Shown piece by piece: positions 63,665-64,000 of a DNA stretch of 64,000 nucleotides. Position 1 is the first letter of the stretch; each line of letters starts with the position of its first letter. Location: IMG/VR virus record IMGVR_UViG_3300025117_000002. One strand, written 5' to 3'. Below the pieces are notes generated by a model that did no database searches, was not told where the DNA came from, and was given only the letters and a program-made list of their open reading frames with translations. Origin of the DNA: a virus. The translations under genes and the position numbers were made by a program.

Positions 63665-64000
63665 TTAAAAGTCTTTGACGTTGATAACACGCATCAGTTT
63701 TTTTGGTGCGAACAGCTGAGGAACACCGTACATCAGAACCATGAATCGATAGGATGGCTCAATTACTGCAAGGTCCATCTTCATGATCGGAGCAAGCTGT
63801 TTGAATACCAGGATTTCACTGTCAAACTGACCAGCAAAACAGATTGCTGTATTTGGCATAATATAGCCAGTGTAGCTGTATGTAGCACCTGTTCCACTAT
63901 TTGTCTTAAGAGTACAGACAACAGTAGCAACCAGATAGTACACTGCCCCGCCAGCTTCAGTAGCATACACATTGAAGTAGTCAGGAATAACAGTCTCAGA
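63665..64000 (-). CDS. C-terminal part of a larger virion gene running off the right edge (possibly capsid-related)
   Basis: The track starts it at a GTG (63970), but the same frame stays open to position 64000 (SETVIPDYFNVYATEAGG...). The gene is therefore truncated by the window. The capsid assignment is positional only. Confidence 0.4.
   Translation of the reverse strand, partial: SETVIPDYFNVYATEAGGAVYYLVATVVCTLKTNSGTGATYSYTGYIMPNTAICFAGQFDSEILVFKQLAPIMKMDLAVIEPSYRFMVLMYGVPQLFAPKKLMRVINVKDF

Overview
This window reads as one contiguous 64-kb stretch of a tailed dsDNA phage or prophage interior with a contractile (myovirus-type) tail. Every gene I can support is on the minus strand. Genes are tightly packed, with many ATGA/TGATG stop-start overlaps and AGGAG-type ribosome-binding sites. 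In the direction of transcription (64000 to 1) the order is as follows. (1) Capsid-proximal genes and a large fibre/tailspike block, including a 605-aa pectate-lyase-like spike, a 1085-aa protein built from about 30 tandem 20-residue repeats, a free-standing LAGLIDADG homing endonuclease and a 1081-aa beta-helix protein. (2) Neck genes, sheath, tube, two overlapping chaperone frames, a tape measure with an SLT domain, and baseplate genes. (3) A 1881-aa protein with three beta-helix modules, an FN3 protein and a collar-domain tail fibre. (4) A lysis cassette with an M15 endolysin. (5) A replication block with DnaB-like helicase, primase and SF2 helicase. (6) A G+C-richer DUF932 cassette with its own promoters and terminator. 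(7) A sigma-like protein and a Lys/Ala/Pro-rich H1-like protein. (8) A family-A DNA polymerase split into UDG4-like+exonuclease and polymerase ORFs by two nucleotide-metabolism genes. (9) gp32-like SSB, RecA-like recombinase, flap endonuclease, SbcCD and many small genes. (10) The first 68 codons of the large terminase at the left edge. Five coding features are missing from the ORF track: the terL fragment at the left edge, the extension of the right-edge gene to position 64000, and three 59-codon genes just under the track cutoff (an Hc1-like histone-like gene, a two-TM holin candidate and a small lysis-cassette ORF). I saw no rRNA, convincing tRNA, CRISPR array, integrase, transposase or reverse transcriptase. 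All family assignments are by eye from motifs; no database search was run. The best candidates for something undescribed are the 20-residue-repeat virion protein, the interrupted polymerase operon, and the DUF932 cassette with its structured RNA/inverted repeat.
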